Below the pieces are notes generated by a model. The model was given only the letters and a program-made list of their open reading frames with translations. It was not told where the DNA came from and made no database searches. Source: an uncultured Acidobacteriota bacterium (GTDB lineage Bacteria > Acidobacteriota > Blastocatellia > RBC074). Taken from it: DNA of 64,000 nt. The translations under genes were made by a program, and so were the position numbers. This document shows positions 50,686 to 61,497 of this stretch, in pieces; within the stretch, counting starts at the first letter, position 1, and the number at the start of each line of letters is the position of its first letter. The stretch spans positions 1,312,001 to 1,376,000 of the forward strand of contig CAWCKY010000003.1 in assembly GCA_963796275.1 (NCBI GenBank), written 5' to 3'.

Positions 50686-50766
50686 ATAATTGATAATTGA
50701 TAATTCGTATACACTCGGGCAATAATCTTTGCGAATTATCAATTATTCATTATTCATTATCCATTA
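50686..50766. repeat. Heptameric palindrome (ATAATTG / CAATTAT) filling the glgC-plsC gap
   Basis: Perfect 15-bp core ATAATTGATAATTCG (50693) / CGAATTATCAATTAT (50732), extended by TCATTAT units. Confidence 0.88.
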
Positions 50767-52044
50767 AATTATCGTTCCATCCGTAATGGTCGCGCCTTTG
50801 GGAATGATGACGATGCCTTCGCGTATAAAATAATTTCCGCCGTCGTGGTGTTCGAGCCCCGCTTCATTGAGTATCCGCACGTTCGAACCGATGCGCACGT
50901 TCTTATCGATGATTGCCTTGCGTATGTGGGTGTTTTCGCCGATACCTATCCACGGCAACCCATCCCTCCGGTCATCCGCCAACTCCTGCAGCGTTTGATA
51001 AAAATCGGCACCCATCATCAGAGAATGTTCGATAATGCTATGGCTCTCGATACGCGAACGTATACCGATCACGCAGTGGTTGATCGAGACGCGGTTGAGG
51101 ATGCAGCCTTCCGAGATCAGCGAATCTTTGATCTCGCAATCGATGAATTTGGTGCCGGGCAGATACCGCGGGCGAGTGAATATCGGCGCGTCGGCATTAA
51201 ACAGATTGAACTTCGGCATAATCGACGCCATATCCAGATTTGCGTGATAAAACGTGCTGATTGTTCCGATGTCTTCCCAATAATCGTCGAAGAGATACGC
51301 CTGAACATTATGGCTTTCCATCGATGCCGGCAACACTTCGCCGCCGAAATCGGTGTAATGCGTCCCGGTAAGCATCTTGCGCAGCACGTCGAATTTGAAC
51401 AGATAGACGCCCATCGAGGCCAGGAAGGGGCGGCGCATAGCCTCATCCTCGCTCAGCCCCAATTTCGAGGTGTCAACGAACATCGCGGGCAATTGGGTGG
51501 CGGGCGGTTTTTCGCGGAATTCGACGATGTGCCCCTGGTCATTTGTTTTAAGTAATCCGAAGTTGGGTGCGCGCGATTCTTCAACCGGGATCACTGAGAC
51601 GGTGACATCTGCCTTAGTCTCCACGTGGCGTTCGAAAAACTTCTGATAATCCATCTGATAGAGATGGTCGCCGGAGAGGATCAGGACGTCTTTCGGATTG
51701 AAGTCGTCGATGTGCATCATCACCTGGCGCACAGCATCGGCGTTTCCCTGAAACCAATTTCTGTTCTCAGGCGTTTGCTCCGCCGCCAATATCTCGACGA
51801 AGCCGTCCGAGAAGCGGCTGAAGCGGTATGTCCGGGCTATATGCCTGTTGAGCGATGCCGAATTGAATTGCGTCAGCACAAAAATGTAATGAAAGCCTGA
51901 ATTGATACAGTTGGAAACCGTAATATCGATAAGACGGTATTTGCCGCCGAGCGGGACCGCAGGTTTGGAGCGCTGTTGAGTGAGCGGGAAGAGGCGAGAC
52001 CCCTGGCCGCCGCCGAGTATTATGGTTAAAACCTGATTGATCAT
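50764..52044 (-). CDS. glgC: Glucose-1-phosphate adenylyltransferase
   Basis: [43 protein letters not shown]. Confidence 0.96.
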   Translation of the reverse strand: MINQVLTIILGGGQGSRLFPLTQQRSKPAVPLGGKYRLIDITVSNCINSGFHYIFVLTQFNSASLNRHIARTYRFSRFSDGFVEILAAEQTPENRNWFQGNADAVRQVMMHIDDFNPKDVLILSGDHLYQMDYQKFFERHVETKADVTVSVIPVEESRAPNFGLLKTNDQGHIVEFREKPPATQLPAMFVDTSKLGLSEDEAMRRPFLASMGVYLFKFDVLRKMLTGTHYTDFGGEVLPASMESHNVQAYLFDDYWEDIGTISTFYHANLDMASIMPKFNLFNADAPIFTRPRYLPGTKFIDCEIKDSLISEGCILNRVSINHCVIGIRSRIESHSIIEHSLMMGADFYQTLQELADDRRDGLPWIGIGENTHIRKAIIDKNVRIGSNVRILNEAGLEHHDGGNYFIREGIVIIPKGATITDGTII

Positions 52045-52167
52045 AAGGACTCCTTGATCATAAATTACCCCAGCTTTTATCCTTTGCTCATTTGATTGTC
52101 TGAGCTAAGCTTGAAGGCGCCTGAGCATAAGAGAGCAAAATACGTTTTTCAAGGGACGGGAAGACCG

Positions 52168-53073
52168 ATGTTTTCTATCTCGCCGATTGTGGCAGCAGCG
52201 CTCGGCCGTCGAAATGCGGTCGTCGCGCTCGAATCGACAGTCATAGCGCACGGACTGCCTTCGCCGTACAACCTCGAAACGGCGCGGGCTTGCGAGAGTG
52301 CCGTCTCCCAATCCGGAGCCGTTCCGGCGACCATCGGAATTATCGACGGGGTGCCTCTGATCGGTATGGACCAGGATCAGCTCGCCGAAATCGCCGCGCG
52401 CAAAAATGTCGTTAAAGTAAATCTTGCAAATATAGCTTCGGTCATCGCCCGGAGGAAATGGGGTGCGACGACCGTCTCATCGAGTTTGCATCTGGCGCAG
52501 ATGGCTGGCATCAGAGTTTTTGCAACGGGAGGCATCGGGGGAGCGCATCGCGGCGCAGGCGAGAGCTTCGATATTTCGGCCGACCTCAACGCTCTCTCTC
52601 GTTATCCCGCAATCACCGTCTGCGCAGGCGCGAAGGCGATCCTCGATCTGCCGAAAACACTCGAGCTGCTAGAAACGATGGGGGTACCGGTCATAGGTTA
52701 CCAGACTGATGAGCTGCCGGCATTCTATTCTCGGGCGAGCGGGCTGAGGCTAGATTTAAGCGCTGATGACGCCGATGACATCGCCGCAGTCGCCCATCAA
52801 CACTGGCGATTGGGGTTTCCCTCAGCTGTGCTCGTGGTTGTCCCCGTGCCGCTGGAAGACGAGATTCCGGAGCCTGAGATCAGAGATGCGATAGATAGAT
52901 CGCTCAGCCTGGCCGCAGCGCGAGGGATCAGCGGGAAGGCTGTTACACCATTTTTGCTCTCGCAAATTGCGGAATCGACTGGAGGCCGGGCCCTGCGCGC
53001 GAATATAGCCCTTCTGCGCAACAACGCGCGAGTGGCGGGCGAGATTGCAATAGCTCTATCGAAAGGGGAGTAA
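52168..53073 (+). CDS. psuG: Pseudouridine-5'-phosphate glycosidase
   Basis: [46 protein letters not shown]. Confidence 0.93.
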   Translation: MFSISPIVAAALGRRNAVVALESTVIAHGLPSPYNLETARACESAVSQSGAVPATIGIIDGVPLIGMDQDQLAEIAARKNVVKVNLANIASVIARRKWGATTVSSSLHLAQMAGIRVFATGGIGGAHRGAGESFDISADLNALSRYPAITVCAGAKAILDLPKTLELLETMGVPVIGYQTDELPAFYSRASGLRLDLSADDADDIAAVAHQHWRLGFPSAVLVVVPVPLEDEIPEPEIRDAIDRSLSLAAARGISGKAVTPFLLSQIAESTGGRALRANIALLRNNARVAGEIAIALSKGE

Positions 53074-53076
53074 TCG

Positions 53077-53571
53077 ATGAACCTCGATGACATACGAAAT
53101 CTTTTCAACTACACCGAATGGGCGAACCACCTCGTGCTCGATGCAGTTGAGAGGCTGAGCGAAGAGCAACGGAAACACGACTTCAAAATCAGCCACGGCT
53201 CGATACAGGGCACGCTCTTGCATACGGCCGGCGCCGAATGGCTCTGGCTCGAGCGGTGGCGCGGCACCTCGCACACGGGCCTCTGGGCCGCCGAAGATTT
53301 CGTAGGCATACCGGCAATTCGCGCGCGCTGGCAGCTGATTGAAGCAGAGCGCCAGTCTTTCATCGATAGTTTGAGCGAAGATGAATTAAGCGGTGATCTG
53401 AGCTATCGGAATCTCAAGGGAGAGCCATTTACTCTGCCGCTCGTCGCGCAGATGCAGCACGTGGTTAATCATTCGTCGCAACATCGCGGACAGGCGGTGG
53501 GAATGATCCGCCAGCTCGGCGTGCAGCCTCCCGCGGTCGATCTGCTTTATTATTTGATCCAGGGGAAATGA
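53077..53571 (+). CDS. DinB family protein
   Basis: YTEWAN, GSIQGTLLH..AEWLW, HVVNHSSQHRGQ. Confidence 0.9.
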   Translation: MNLDDIRNLFNYTEWANHLVLDAVERLSEEQRKHDFKISHGSIQGTLLHTAGAEWLWLERWRGTSHTGLWAAEDFVGIPAIRARWQLIEAERQSFIDSLSEDELSGDLSYRNLKGEPFTLPLVAQMQHVVNHSSQHRGQAVGMIRQLGVQPPAVDLLYYLIQGK

Positions 53572-53585
53572 AAATTTAGCCAGGG

Positions 53586-53636
53586 CAAAATTCAAGCGGA
53601 GCATCGGGTGTCCAGAGGCTCCGTCTGAATTTTGAA
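53586..53636. terminator. Hairpin downstream of dinB
   Basis: CAAAATTCAAGCGGAGC // GCTCCGTCTGAATTTTG. Confidence 0.5.
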
Positions 53637-53654
53637 TCTATCGGAAAGATCGTT

Positions 53655-54428
53655 TTGAAGATAATCGCCATCGCTCTCAATACATTTCGCGAATCGGTGC
53701 GTGACCGCGTTCTCTACAACCTCGTGCTTTTTATGCTGCTGCTCGTCATCGCATCGATTGTCATGGGCCGCATCGCTGTGGGGCAGGAAGCGCAGATTGT
53801 GATCGATGTTGGCCTCTCGGCGATGACGATCTTCGGCCTGCTGATCGCCATATTCATCGGCATCGGCCTGGTAGCGAAGGAGATCGAAAAAAGGACCATC
53901 GCAGTTATACTCGCCAAACCGGTTCGCCGCTCGACCTTCGTTCTGGGTAAATATTTTGGTTTATGCTTGACGCTGTTCGTAAACACAGCAGTGATGACCG
54001 TCGCCATTATGCTCGCGCTGCTCTATGTCAAAAGCGGGTTTGACCCGACGCAAGTAAGGCTATGGCCGGGCGCTTTTTTGATCTTCCTCGAGCTCGCGAT
54101 CATCACCGCCGTCGCGCTGCTATTCTCTTGCTTCTCGTCGCCCGCGCTTTCAGCCCTCTTCACCTTGTTGATCTTTCTCATCGGCCGCTGGAGTCCAGAT
54201 TTGAAACTCCTCGCCGAAACCTCCACTTCGATCGTCACACGCATGCTCTGCCGCGCGCTTTATCACCTGCTGCCGAATCTGGCGAATTTCAATTACATCA
54301 ACGAAATTGCGCGTGGTGAGGCAGTACCATCGCGGATGATCGCCGCCAACGCTATTTATGCGAGCTGTTATGTCGTGGGATTGTTGGCTGCATCCGTGCT
54401 GATATTCGAGCGTAGGAATTTTAAATGA
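53655..54428 (+). CDS. ABC transporter permease (PilI-like)
   Basis: IALNTFRESVRDRVLY, KEIEKRT..ILAKPV, GKYFG, FERRNFK. Confidence 0.85.
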   Translation: MKIIAIALNTFRESVRDRVLYNLVLFMLLLVIASIVMGRIAVGQEAQIVIDVGLSAMTIFGLLIAIFIGIGLVAKEIEKRTIAVILAKPVRRSTFVLGKYFGLCLTLFVNTAVMTVAIMLALLYVKSGFDPTQVRLWPGAFLIFLELAIITAVALLFSCFSSPALSALFTLLIFLIGRWSPDLKLLAETSTSIVTRMLCRALYHLLPNLANFNYINEIARGEAVPSRMIAANAIYASCYVVGLLAASVLIFERRNFK

Positions 54429-55090
54429 AGAGCTGGGCATTCATTTTGATCATCGGCATCGGATTGAGCGCGGCCGCGCAGAACTGGCTCGACGGTCAAC
54501 GCCCGCCGTCAGAAATGCCGGGACCGATCGATGAATCGCTATATATGACATCGGGCGAGGCTCTGAAACGTGCGAGCGTCGGATTTGACGGGATGCTGGC
54601 CGATCTCTACTGGATTCGAACGATCCAGTACTTCGGCGTCAATCTGGATCAGCAAAAGGCAGCGATAGGCGTAGTCGATCTGCGAGAGCTGCGCCAACTC
54701 AGGCCTCTGCTTGAAATCACAACCGAACTAAACCCTCATCACATCGCGGCCTATCGGTTTGGGGCGTTCTTCTTACAATACATCGATCCGGAAAAGGCGG
54801 TGAGTTTCGCCGAGCGTGGGATTCGCAATAATCCGAGTGAGTGGCGGCTCTATCAGGATCTCGGGTTTATTTATTGGCGGCTCGCTCGCTATCGTGAAGC
54901 GAGCGAAGCTTATCTGTCAGGGAGCCGCATCGCGGGAGCGCCGCCGTGGATGGAGGCTATGGCGGCCACCATGCTCGTCAGCGGCGGTGACAGTGAGACG
55001 GCGCGCGAGATTTTCGCGCGGCTTTGTGAAGGTAGCGATGACAAGTTCATCAGACAACTCTGCCAAGATAATCAACCTCGCGAACGGTAG
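54425..55090 (+). CDS. TPR-like protein (PilG-like)
   Basis: ADLYWIRTIQY, TELNP, AYRFGA, LGFIYW. Confidence 0.7.
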   Translation: MKSWAFILIIGIGLSAAAQNWLDGQRPPSEMPGPIDESLYMTSGEALKRASVGFDGMLADLYWIRTIQYFGVNLDQQKAAIGVVDLRELRQLRPLLEITTELNPHHIAAYRFGAFFLQYIDPEKAVSFAERGIRNNPSEWRLYQDLGFIYWRLARYREASEAYLSGSRIAGAPPWMEAMAATMLVSGGDSETAREIFARLCEGSDDKFIRQLCQDNQPRER

Positions 55091-55149
55091 CGAGCGAGTC
55101 TTAATGTGTCATTGATCGAGACTGGCTCGCCAACGCTCGCGGTGCTGAT
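55071..55149. repeat. REP-like palindrome
   Basis: CGCGAACGGTAGCGAGCGAGTC // GACTGGCTCGCCAACGCTCGCG. Confidence 0.65.
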
Positions 55150-55179
55150 TCATCCTTACGGCTAACGCTCATAATACCG

Positions 55180-56145
55180 ATGCACGCTCTCGAAGTTGAA
55201 AATCTAACCCACGATTATCAAACCGGTTTCTGGCGCAAATGCACGATGCGCGCGCTAGATGGGCTGAGCCTGCGGGTCGAGGCCGGCGAGGTATTCGGCT
55301 TTCTCGGGCCCAATGGAGCCGGCAAAACCACGACTTTCAAAATCCTGATGCGCTTGATCACGCCTAACGCAGGGACGGCGCGCATTCTCGGTCGCTCGTT
55401 GGGTGATCTGCAGATGCGCAGGCGCATCGGATATCTGCCCGAGCAGCCGTATTTTTACGATTACCTCACCGCGCGGGAATTTTTGAACTACTGCGGAGCA
55501 TTGTGTGATCTGCCGCGCGAGGAAGCGAGGCGAAGAGCAGAGGGTCTTCTCGATCAGGTCGGTCTCAGCGACTCGGCGGAGAAGCATCTGCGCAGGTTTT
55601 CCAAAGGAATGTTGCAGCGCATCGGTTTGGCGCAGGCGTTGATCAACGATCCTGAAGTACTTTTTTTGGATGAGCCTATGTCGGCGCTCGATCCGCTCGG
55701 ACGGCGGGAGGTGCGCAACCTTATTGCGAGCCTGCGCGCGCAAGGGAAAACGATATTCTTCTCTTCCCACATTTTGACCGACGTCGAGGCGATGTGCGAT
55801 AGGGTGGCGATTCTGAGCAATGGGAGACTGGTAGAACAGGGGAAACTCTCGGATATCCTCAAGAGCCGCAGCAATGAAATCGAAGCAGTCTTGAGCGGGG
55901 TGAGCCACGATGCTTTGGTTGACCTGCGTACATTTGCCGTCGAAGTCACCCCGACGCCGGAGGGAGCGCGGGTGAGGCTGAGAGATGACCATGACATCGC
56001 GCAACTGCTGGCCATCGTGCATCGGAATGGCGGGCGATTGGTTTCGGTCAATCCGGTCCGGGAATCCCTCGAAGAATTGTTCGTGAGAGAAGTCGCCGAG
56101 GGTTCGCACAGACCGCATCCGGGAAGTTATAATCGAGTGCGATGA
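55180..56145 (+). CDS. ABC transporter ATP-binding protein (PilH-like)
   Basis: GPNGAGKTT, FSKGMLQR, LFLDEP, SSHIL. Confidence 0.93.
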   Translation: MHALEVENLTHDYQTGFWRKCTMRALDGLSLRVEAGEVFGFLGPNGAGKTTTFKILMRLITPNAGTARILGRSLGDLQMRRRIGYLPEQPYFYDYLTAREFLNYCGALCDLPREEARRRAEGLLDQVGLSDSAEKHLRRFSKGMLQRIGLAQALINDPEVLFLDEPMSALDPLGRREVRNLIASLRAQGKTIFFSSHILTDVEAMCDRVAILSNGRLVEQGKLSDILKSRSNEIEAVLSGVSHDALVDLRTFAVEVTPTPEGARVRLRDDHDIAQLLAIVHRNGGRLVSVNPVRESLEELFVREVAEGSHRPHPGSYNRVR

Positions 56146-56810
56146 TTTCAATGAAAAAAACTTGGCTTACCGTTTCATTGCTATTTTTTGTAGTCCCCCT
56201 CTGCCCGAACATCGGCGCTCAATCGACCGAGCTCGATCAACTGGTCATGGGTCTGCAAAAGAAATACAACAAACTCCGAACGCTCTCTCTCGATTTTACA
56301 CAGATATTTACCTCGCCCAGCGAAGGCACGCGACGAGAGGCCGGCCATCTTCTGCTCAAGAAGCCGGGCCGAATGCGCTGGGACTATACATTTCCCGAAA
56401 ACAAACTTTTCGTTTCGAACGGAAGGGTGATGTACGAGTATGTTCCGACTGATAATTATGCGACGAAAACGTCCGTGAGGGAGGCGGATGACATGCGCGC
56501 GCCCTTTATGTTCCTGCTCGGTCGCGGCAATTTGCGCGGCGAATTCACTTTGATAGAATTTGCCAAGGAATCGCCGGTCAGGGGAGGGAATAAGGTTCTG
56601 CGGATGATACCCAAAAAGACCCAGGAATTTCGGGAGTTGCTGATCGAAGTCGAACCGAACAGCTTGCAACTCGCGCGGCTCTCTTTTGTCGACAGCGATG
56701 GCTCGCGCTCGGATTTTCTCTTCTCCAACGTTCGCGAGAATACACCGGCCAGGACGGACCTTTTCTTTTTCAAAGCCCCACCCGGCGTCGAAGTGAGAGA
56801 GATCGATTGA
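56142..56810 (+). CDS. lolA: Outer-membrane lipoprotein carrier protein
   Basis: DFTQ, KKPGRMRWDY, FVSNG, FKAPPGV. Confidence 0.85.
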   Translation: MISMKKTWLTVSLLFFVVPLCPNIGAQSTELDQLVMGLQKKYNKLRTLSLDFTQIFTSPSEGTRREAGHLLLKKPGRMRWDYTFPENKLFVSNGRVMYEYVPTDNYATKTSVREADDMRAPFMFLLGRGNLRGEFTLIEFAKESPVRGGNKVLRMIPKKTQEFRELLIEVEPNSLQLARLSFVDSDGSRSDFLFSNVRENTPARTDLFFFKAPPGVEVREID

Positions 56811-57463
56811 TGGGAAAGATTCATATATTCTCCGACTTCGACGGTACAATCACAGAGAAAGATACGCTCATTTTTCTGGCGACGCATCTGGGCGGAGGTG
56901 CGCAGATGGTCGAGGCAATCGGCCGCCTGATCCGCGATGGCAAGCTGAGTTTGCGAGATGGGATTGCCGGTGAGATGAGAAGCATTCGCAAGCCTTTTTC
57001 GGAAGCCGTAAAATTGTTACGAGATGTGCGGATAGACCGCGGTTTTGTCCCCCTTTCGCGTTGGTGCGAGGAGAAGAATATCCCGCTGACTGTATTGAGT
57101 GCGGGATTTCATCAAATTATCGATCTCTTCCTTCCTGATGATGATTTTCCGAATATAGAAATCATCGCGAATGATGTTCGGCCAGATGAACGGGATGGCT
57201 GGCAGTGCCTTTTTCGCGATGAAACGCCGTACGGTCACGACAAGAGTTTGGCGCTGCGAGCGGCTCGCGAACGCGGTGAATATGCGATCTTCATCGGCGA
57301 CGGCTTGTCGGATCTGGCCGCTGCCGAAGCGGCAGATGAAGTCTTCGCCAAGCATTCGCTGGCCGAGTACTGCCGTAACCGTGGAATAAATTGCCGTGAA
57401 TATCAGACATTCGATGAGATTTTGAAAGATTTGCAGGGAAGAGAATTACTAGGGAAACAGTAG
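56810..57463 (+). CDS. HAD-IB phosphatase (MtnX-like)
   Basis: FSDFDGTIT, GHDK, IGDGLSD, VFAK. Confidence 0.85.
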   Translation: MGKIHIFSDFDGTITEKDTLIFLATHLGGGAQMVEAIGRLIRDGKLSLRDGIAGEMRSIRKPFSEAVKLLRDVRIDRGFVPLSRWCEEKNIPLTVLSAGFHQIIDLFLPDDDFPNIEIIANDVRPDERDGWQCLFRDETPYGHDKSLALRAARERGEYAIFIGDGLSDLAAAEAADEVFAKHSLAEYCRNRGINCREYQTFDEILKDLQGRELLGKQ

Positions 57464-57481
57464 GAAAGTAGGAAAATAATC

Positions 57482-57543
57482 TTTTAGTTTTCAGTTTTTA
57501 GCTGCTGATCGAGACAGCTCAGCTGAAAACTAAAAACTGAAAT
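57482..57543. repeat. Heptameric palindrome (YAGTTTT / AAAACTR) with GATCGAGA loop
   Basis: Homologous, in opposite orientation, to 29326-29416. Confidence 0.85.
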
Positions 57544-57670
57544 TAACTGCTCATCCTCTTCACCGCTAACACGGCGAAGAGGCTGCCGCCACTAATGCGA
57601 GGAGGCTGAGCGGTCACAAAAAATCCTCCATTTCCTGTCTTACATTTTCCGACTGACAGCCGAATAGCAG

Positions 57671-58312
57671 ATGATGAATAGCGAAACAACTGTGAAATTC
57701 ATTGAAAAAGGGCGCGTGATCGCCATCATGCGCGGCGATTTCGGTGGAGGCGAAGAGGAAATTGTTTCGGTAGTGGTTGAAGCCGGAATTACCGCGGTCG
57801 AAGTCACGCTCAATTCGCCCAACGCAATAGACGCCATTAAGCGAATCGCGGAAAGATTCGGTAATCGGGCTGCCGTCGGAGCGGGCACCGTGCTCAGCGC
57901 TGATGATGTCGAGCGAGTAGCTGCTGCCGGAGCGCAATTCATCGTCTCGCCCAACCGCAATCTAAAAGTAATCGACACGACAAAACGTCTCGGTCTCGCC
58001 TCTTTTCCGGGTTGCTTCACGCCTTCGGAGATCGTAGAGGCTGTCGACGCGGGCGCAGATGCCGTGAAGCTATTCCCGGCGGTCAGTCTCGGCGTGAATT
58101 TTGTGAAATCATTGCGCGGTCCATTCCCGGATGTTCGTGTCGTGCCCACGGGCGGGATTACGCCCGCCGCGGCTCGAGAATACCTTGCCGCCGGTGCCTG
58201 GGCTATCGGCGCGGGTTCGGAATTGATCGGCAAAGATTCGATGCAGCCGGGAGGGCTGGAAAAATTGCGCGCGCGAGCCGCAGCCTTTACTGAAGCGATC
58301 AACCGCCGTTAG
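57671..58312 (+). CDS. KDPG/KDPGal aldolase (Eda/DgoA family)
   Basis: [38 protein letters not shown]. Confidence 0.9.
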   Translation: MMNSETTVKFIEKGRVIAIMRGDFGGGEEEIVSVVVEAGITAVEVTLNSPNAIDAIKRIAERFGNRAAVGAGTVLSADDVERVAAAGAQFIVSPNRNLKVIDTTKRLGLASFPGCFTPSEIVEAVDAGADAVKLFPAVSLGVNFVKSLRGPFPDVRVVPTGGITPAAAREYLAAGAWAIGAGSELIGKDSMQPGGLEKLRARAAAFTEAINRR

Positions 58313-58340
58313 CAGTATCGGAGGCAAAGAGCCTTCCAAT

Positions 58341-59315
58341 ATGAGCGATTCGTGCACAGTTTGCATTGATACGGGAACGACGAACACGAGGATCTGGCTC
58401 GTTTGCGGCGAGCGGATCATCGCTCGCGCCGACGCGATGGTCGGCGTGCGCGATACGGCGCGCGATGGTTCGCCCGCACGTTTGCGATCCACGCTGCGCG
58501 ATTTGATCGCCGAAGTTTTGGCCCGCAATAATGGCCATGATCCGGATTTTGTTGCCGCAGCGGGAATGATTACCTCGTCGCTCGGACTGATAGAAGTCCC
58601 CCACCTGATCGCTCCGGCGGGAATTAAGGAGCTTGCGGCAAATGTGCACCGCTGCGATTTTCCGGATATTACAAAACTGCCGGTCCTGCTTGTTCCGGGA
58701 GTCCGCACCGGCGCGCAACCGGCAGACCCGAAGACAGTGAATTCGGCTGACCTGATGCGCGGAGAAGAGACGATGTGCGTCGGGCTCATTTCATCGGGTA
58801 TGGCGAATGCGCCCTGCACAGTCATCAATCTCGGCTCGCACTGGAAGATTATCGCTATCGATGCCGATGGCAGAATCGCTGGCAGCATCACTTCGCTGGC
58901 GGGCGAGATGATTCACACAACGCAGACCCAAACGATTCTGGCGAGCGCCGTGACCCAGTCTCGGCCTGAGTCCCTCGATCCTGATTGGGTTGAAGCCGGC
59001 ATGCGCGAGCAGCGCAAATCGGGATTGGCGCGCGCCATGTTCTGTGTGAGGCTGTTGGAACAGGGAAGGCAATCAACTCCGGAAGAAAGGCTCGCATTCC
59101 TGATCGGAGCCTTCATCGCCTCAGATATCGATCCATTGATCGCGCGCGGCGCGGTAATTGATCCGATTATCATCGCCGGGGGAGGCGCTATTGCGGAGTC
59201 ATGGCGGGGAGCGTTGAGAGGCGTCTCACTCAATTCAACAGTGCTCTCGGCTGATGAACTCGAACGCGCACTGTTAGCGGGTTTGCGAAGTCTCACTCGT
59301 CCGGCGAAAGCTTGA
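58341..59315 (+). CDS. dgoK: 2-keto-3-deoxygalactonokinase
   Basis: [27 protein letters not shown]. Confidence 0.85.
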   Translation: MSDSCTVCIDTGTTNTRIWLVCGERIIARADAMVGVRDTARDGSPARLRSTLRDLIAEVLARNNGHDPDFVAAAGMITSSLGLIEVPHLIAPAGIKELAANVHRCDFPDITKLPVLLVPGVRTGAQPADPKTVNSADLMRGEETMCVGLISSGMANAPCTVINLGSHWKIIAIDADGRIAGSITSLAGEMIHTTQTQTILASAVTQSRPESLDPDWVEAGMREQRKSGLARAMFCVRLLEQGRQSTPEERLAFLIGAFIASDIDPLIARGAVIDPIIIAGGGAIAESWRGALRGVSLNSTVLSADELERALLAGLRSLTRPAKA

Positions 59316-60975
59316 GCCTCTCACCGATCTCATTCACTAAAGGTGCAAGCGTCGCACGATCGATCGCTGATATAGCCAGGCCGTTATACGCACGGCACCG
59401 GTTGCGCAATTCCTCGGGGTCAGCCATATCCATCTTATTGAATACCAGTAAGCGCGGGATGTTATCCAGTTCCAGCTCGCTCAGGATGCGATAAACAGAG
59501 GCCACCTGATTTTCGAGCTGCGGGCTCGAGGCATCGATCAGGTCGATCAGGAGATCGGATTGCTCCAATTCTTCAAGCGTTGCCTTGAATGCTGCCAGCA
59601 GGTCTTTAGGGAGATCGCGGATAAAGCCCACCGTGTCGTTGATGATGACATCCTGATCGTGCGGTAGACGCAGGCGGCGGCTCGTCGGATCGAGCGTGGC
59701 GAACATCCTTTGCTCCGCCAGGACCCTGCTGTTCGTCAATGAGTTGAGCAGCGTGCTTTTGCCGGCGTTGGTGTAACCGACGATCGAAACCACCGGAACA
59801 TCGCGCCGCGCACGTTGGGCGCGCCGCTGCTGGCGGCTCGCTCGAACGTGAAGCAGTTTTTCTTCGAGCAGGGCGATGCGATCGCGGACGCGCCGCCGAT
59901 CAACTTCGAGCTTTGTTTCACCCGGACCGCGCCCGCCGATGCCTCCCATCAACCGGGACATCTCGGTGCCCGATCCGCTCAATCGCGGCAGCAGATACTT
60001 CAATTGCGCGAGCTCCACCTGTATTCGGCCTTCGCTCGTCTGCGCACGCTGGGCGAAGATGTCCAGGATCAACTGCGAACGATCGAGAATCTTCAAGTCT
60101 GTCGCGCCGTTGATCGCGCGCACTTGCGAAGGTGAAAGCTCGCGATCGAAGACGATCATATCCGCGCCGAGTTGCAGGCTGCGGATGATTATTTCGTCAA
60201 GCTTGCCTTTTCCGACCAACATCTTGGGATCGAGCTCCGCCCGTCTCTGTATGATCTCATCGAGTACGACGAGGCCGCCCGAGGTGGCCAGCTCTCTCAG
60301 CTCATCGAGCGAATCGCGCGCTTCGGCCATAGATGTAGTCGTCACGCCTACCAGGATTGCGCGGTCGCGCGTATCGGACGATTTACGGGCGCCGCGATTG
60401 CGCGCCATCTCAGTCTCGAGCGACTCGATCAGTTCCAGAAAGTTGACGTCGAATTGCCCAGGCAATCGCGGATCGAGGAAGCGATACGTTTGCGACTCAT
60501 TATCTTTATCATTTTCACCGTTAAACCCGCCATTCATTCCCGCTGCGGCGGGCATAAGATGAGCGGCGCGTACCAGACCGGGTAACCCCGATTGCGGATC
60601 TACGTCGATTGCTGCCATCAAATCGAGTCGCAAAAGAGCCAGGTCGGTCAGGTCGTCACGAGTCAGTCCATTCTCGCCGCGCAGATGGGTGTGCAAACAT
60701 CGTAGCCCATTGAAGCGCGAATGACCGAGTCGCGAGCGGTCCTGCGCGGGGAGCACTATCTTAGTCGCATCACCCACGATGACGCTCTCGACATGACCCT
60801 TGCGGTCGATCAGTACGCCTACCTGCCGCCCGATCTCGTGGGAAATTTCGGTCAGCTGGCGCGCGAACTCCGGAGTGACGATCTCTTTGGGCGAAATGCG
60901 GCGCTGATGCATCTTTTCCAGCCGCCGCAGTTGATTGGGCTTCAACCCAAGTGTCTTGCCTTCGATTTGCGGAAT
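59293..60975 (-). CDS. hflX: GTPase HflX, long form; probable ATT start
   Basis: [49 protein letters not shown]. Confidence 0.95.
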   Translation of the reverse strand: MPQIEGKTLGLKPNQLRRLEKMHQRRISPKEIVTPEFARQLTEISHEIGRQVGVLIDRKGHVESVIVGDATKIVLPAQDRSRLGHSRFNGLRCLHTHLRGENGLTRDDLTDLALLRLDLMAAIDVDPQSGLPGLVRAAHLMPAAAGMNGGFNGENDKDNESQTYRFLDPRLPGQFDVNFLELIESLETEMARNRGARKSSDTRDRAILVGVTTTSMAEARDSLDELRELATSGGLVVLDEIIQRRAELDPKMLVGKGKLDEIIIRSLQLGADMIVFDRELSPSQVRAINGATDLKILDRSQLILDIFAQRAQTSEGRIQVELAQLKYLLPRLSGSGTEMSRLMGGIGGRGPGETKLEVDRRRVRDRIALLEEKLLHVRASRQQRRAQRARRDVPVVSIVGYTNAGKSTLLNSLTNSRVLAEQRMFATLDPTSRRLRLPHDQDVIINDTVGFIRDLPKDLLAAFKATLEELEQSDLLIDLIDASSPQLENQVASVYRILSELELDNIPRLLVFNKMDMADPEELRNRCRAYNGLAISAIDRATLAPLVNEIGERLKLSPDE

Positions 60976-61497
60976 GGCCTAAACTCCTCTTAGTGAAGTT
61001 GACGATCGTAAATAAAGGTCATTGGAATCAATATTTTCGGACCTGAGCTCGGGAAGCGCTCGATGATTATATCGTAAGCTCAGAAGAGGAGGACCAGGCA
61101 TCCGCCATCCTCCAGAGCCGCTCAGAAACTATTGATAACAAACAGCTTATCTTACAGAGTCCTTATGTCGATCGATATGGGGAGCGCGTGCGTTCCTGCA
61201 TATTTACATAAGTTAATGACGGCTTCACCATATTACATATTAAATGTTAACGAAACCCTCGATAAATAAATTGTAGAGAATAATGATGCCGTAAAAAAAT
61301 AAAGAAGTACAACCTCCGAGAGTTGTTCAGGGCAATGACAGTCAACTATGCCATTTACCAATGCGGAATAGACGCACTGAAACATAAATACAGCCTGGGG
61401 GGCGCGCGTGAACGCGTGCGCTGTATGTTTCCGCCCGAGGGATATTGATGCAAGCAGGGACGCGAGGGCGCTCCCCGGGATTTTCAGAGGAGTAAAA

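Noticed and set aside
60990-61490. Possible ncRNA in the AT-rich gap upstream of hflX
   Set aside because: No convincing stems, repeats or known motifs; consistent with divergent promoters
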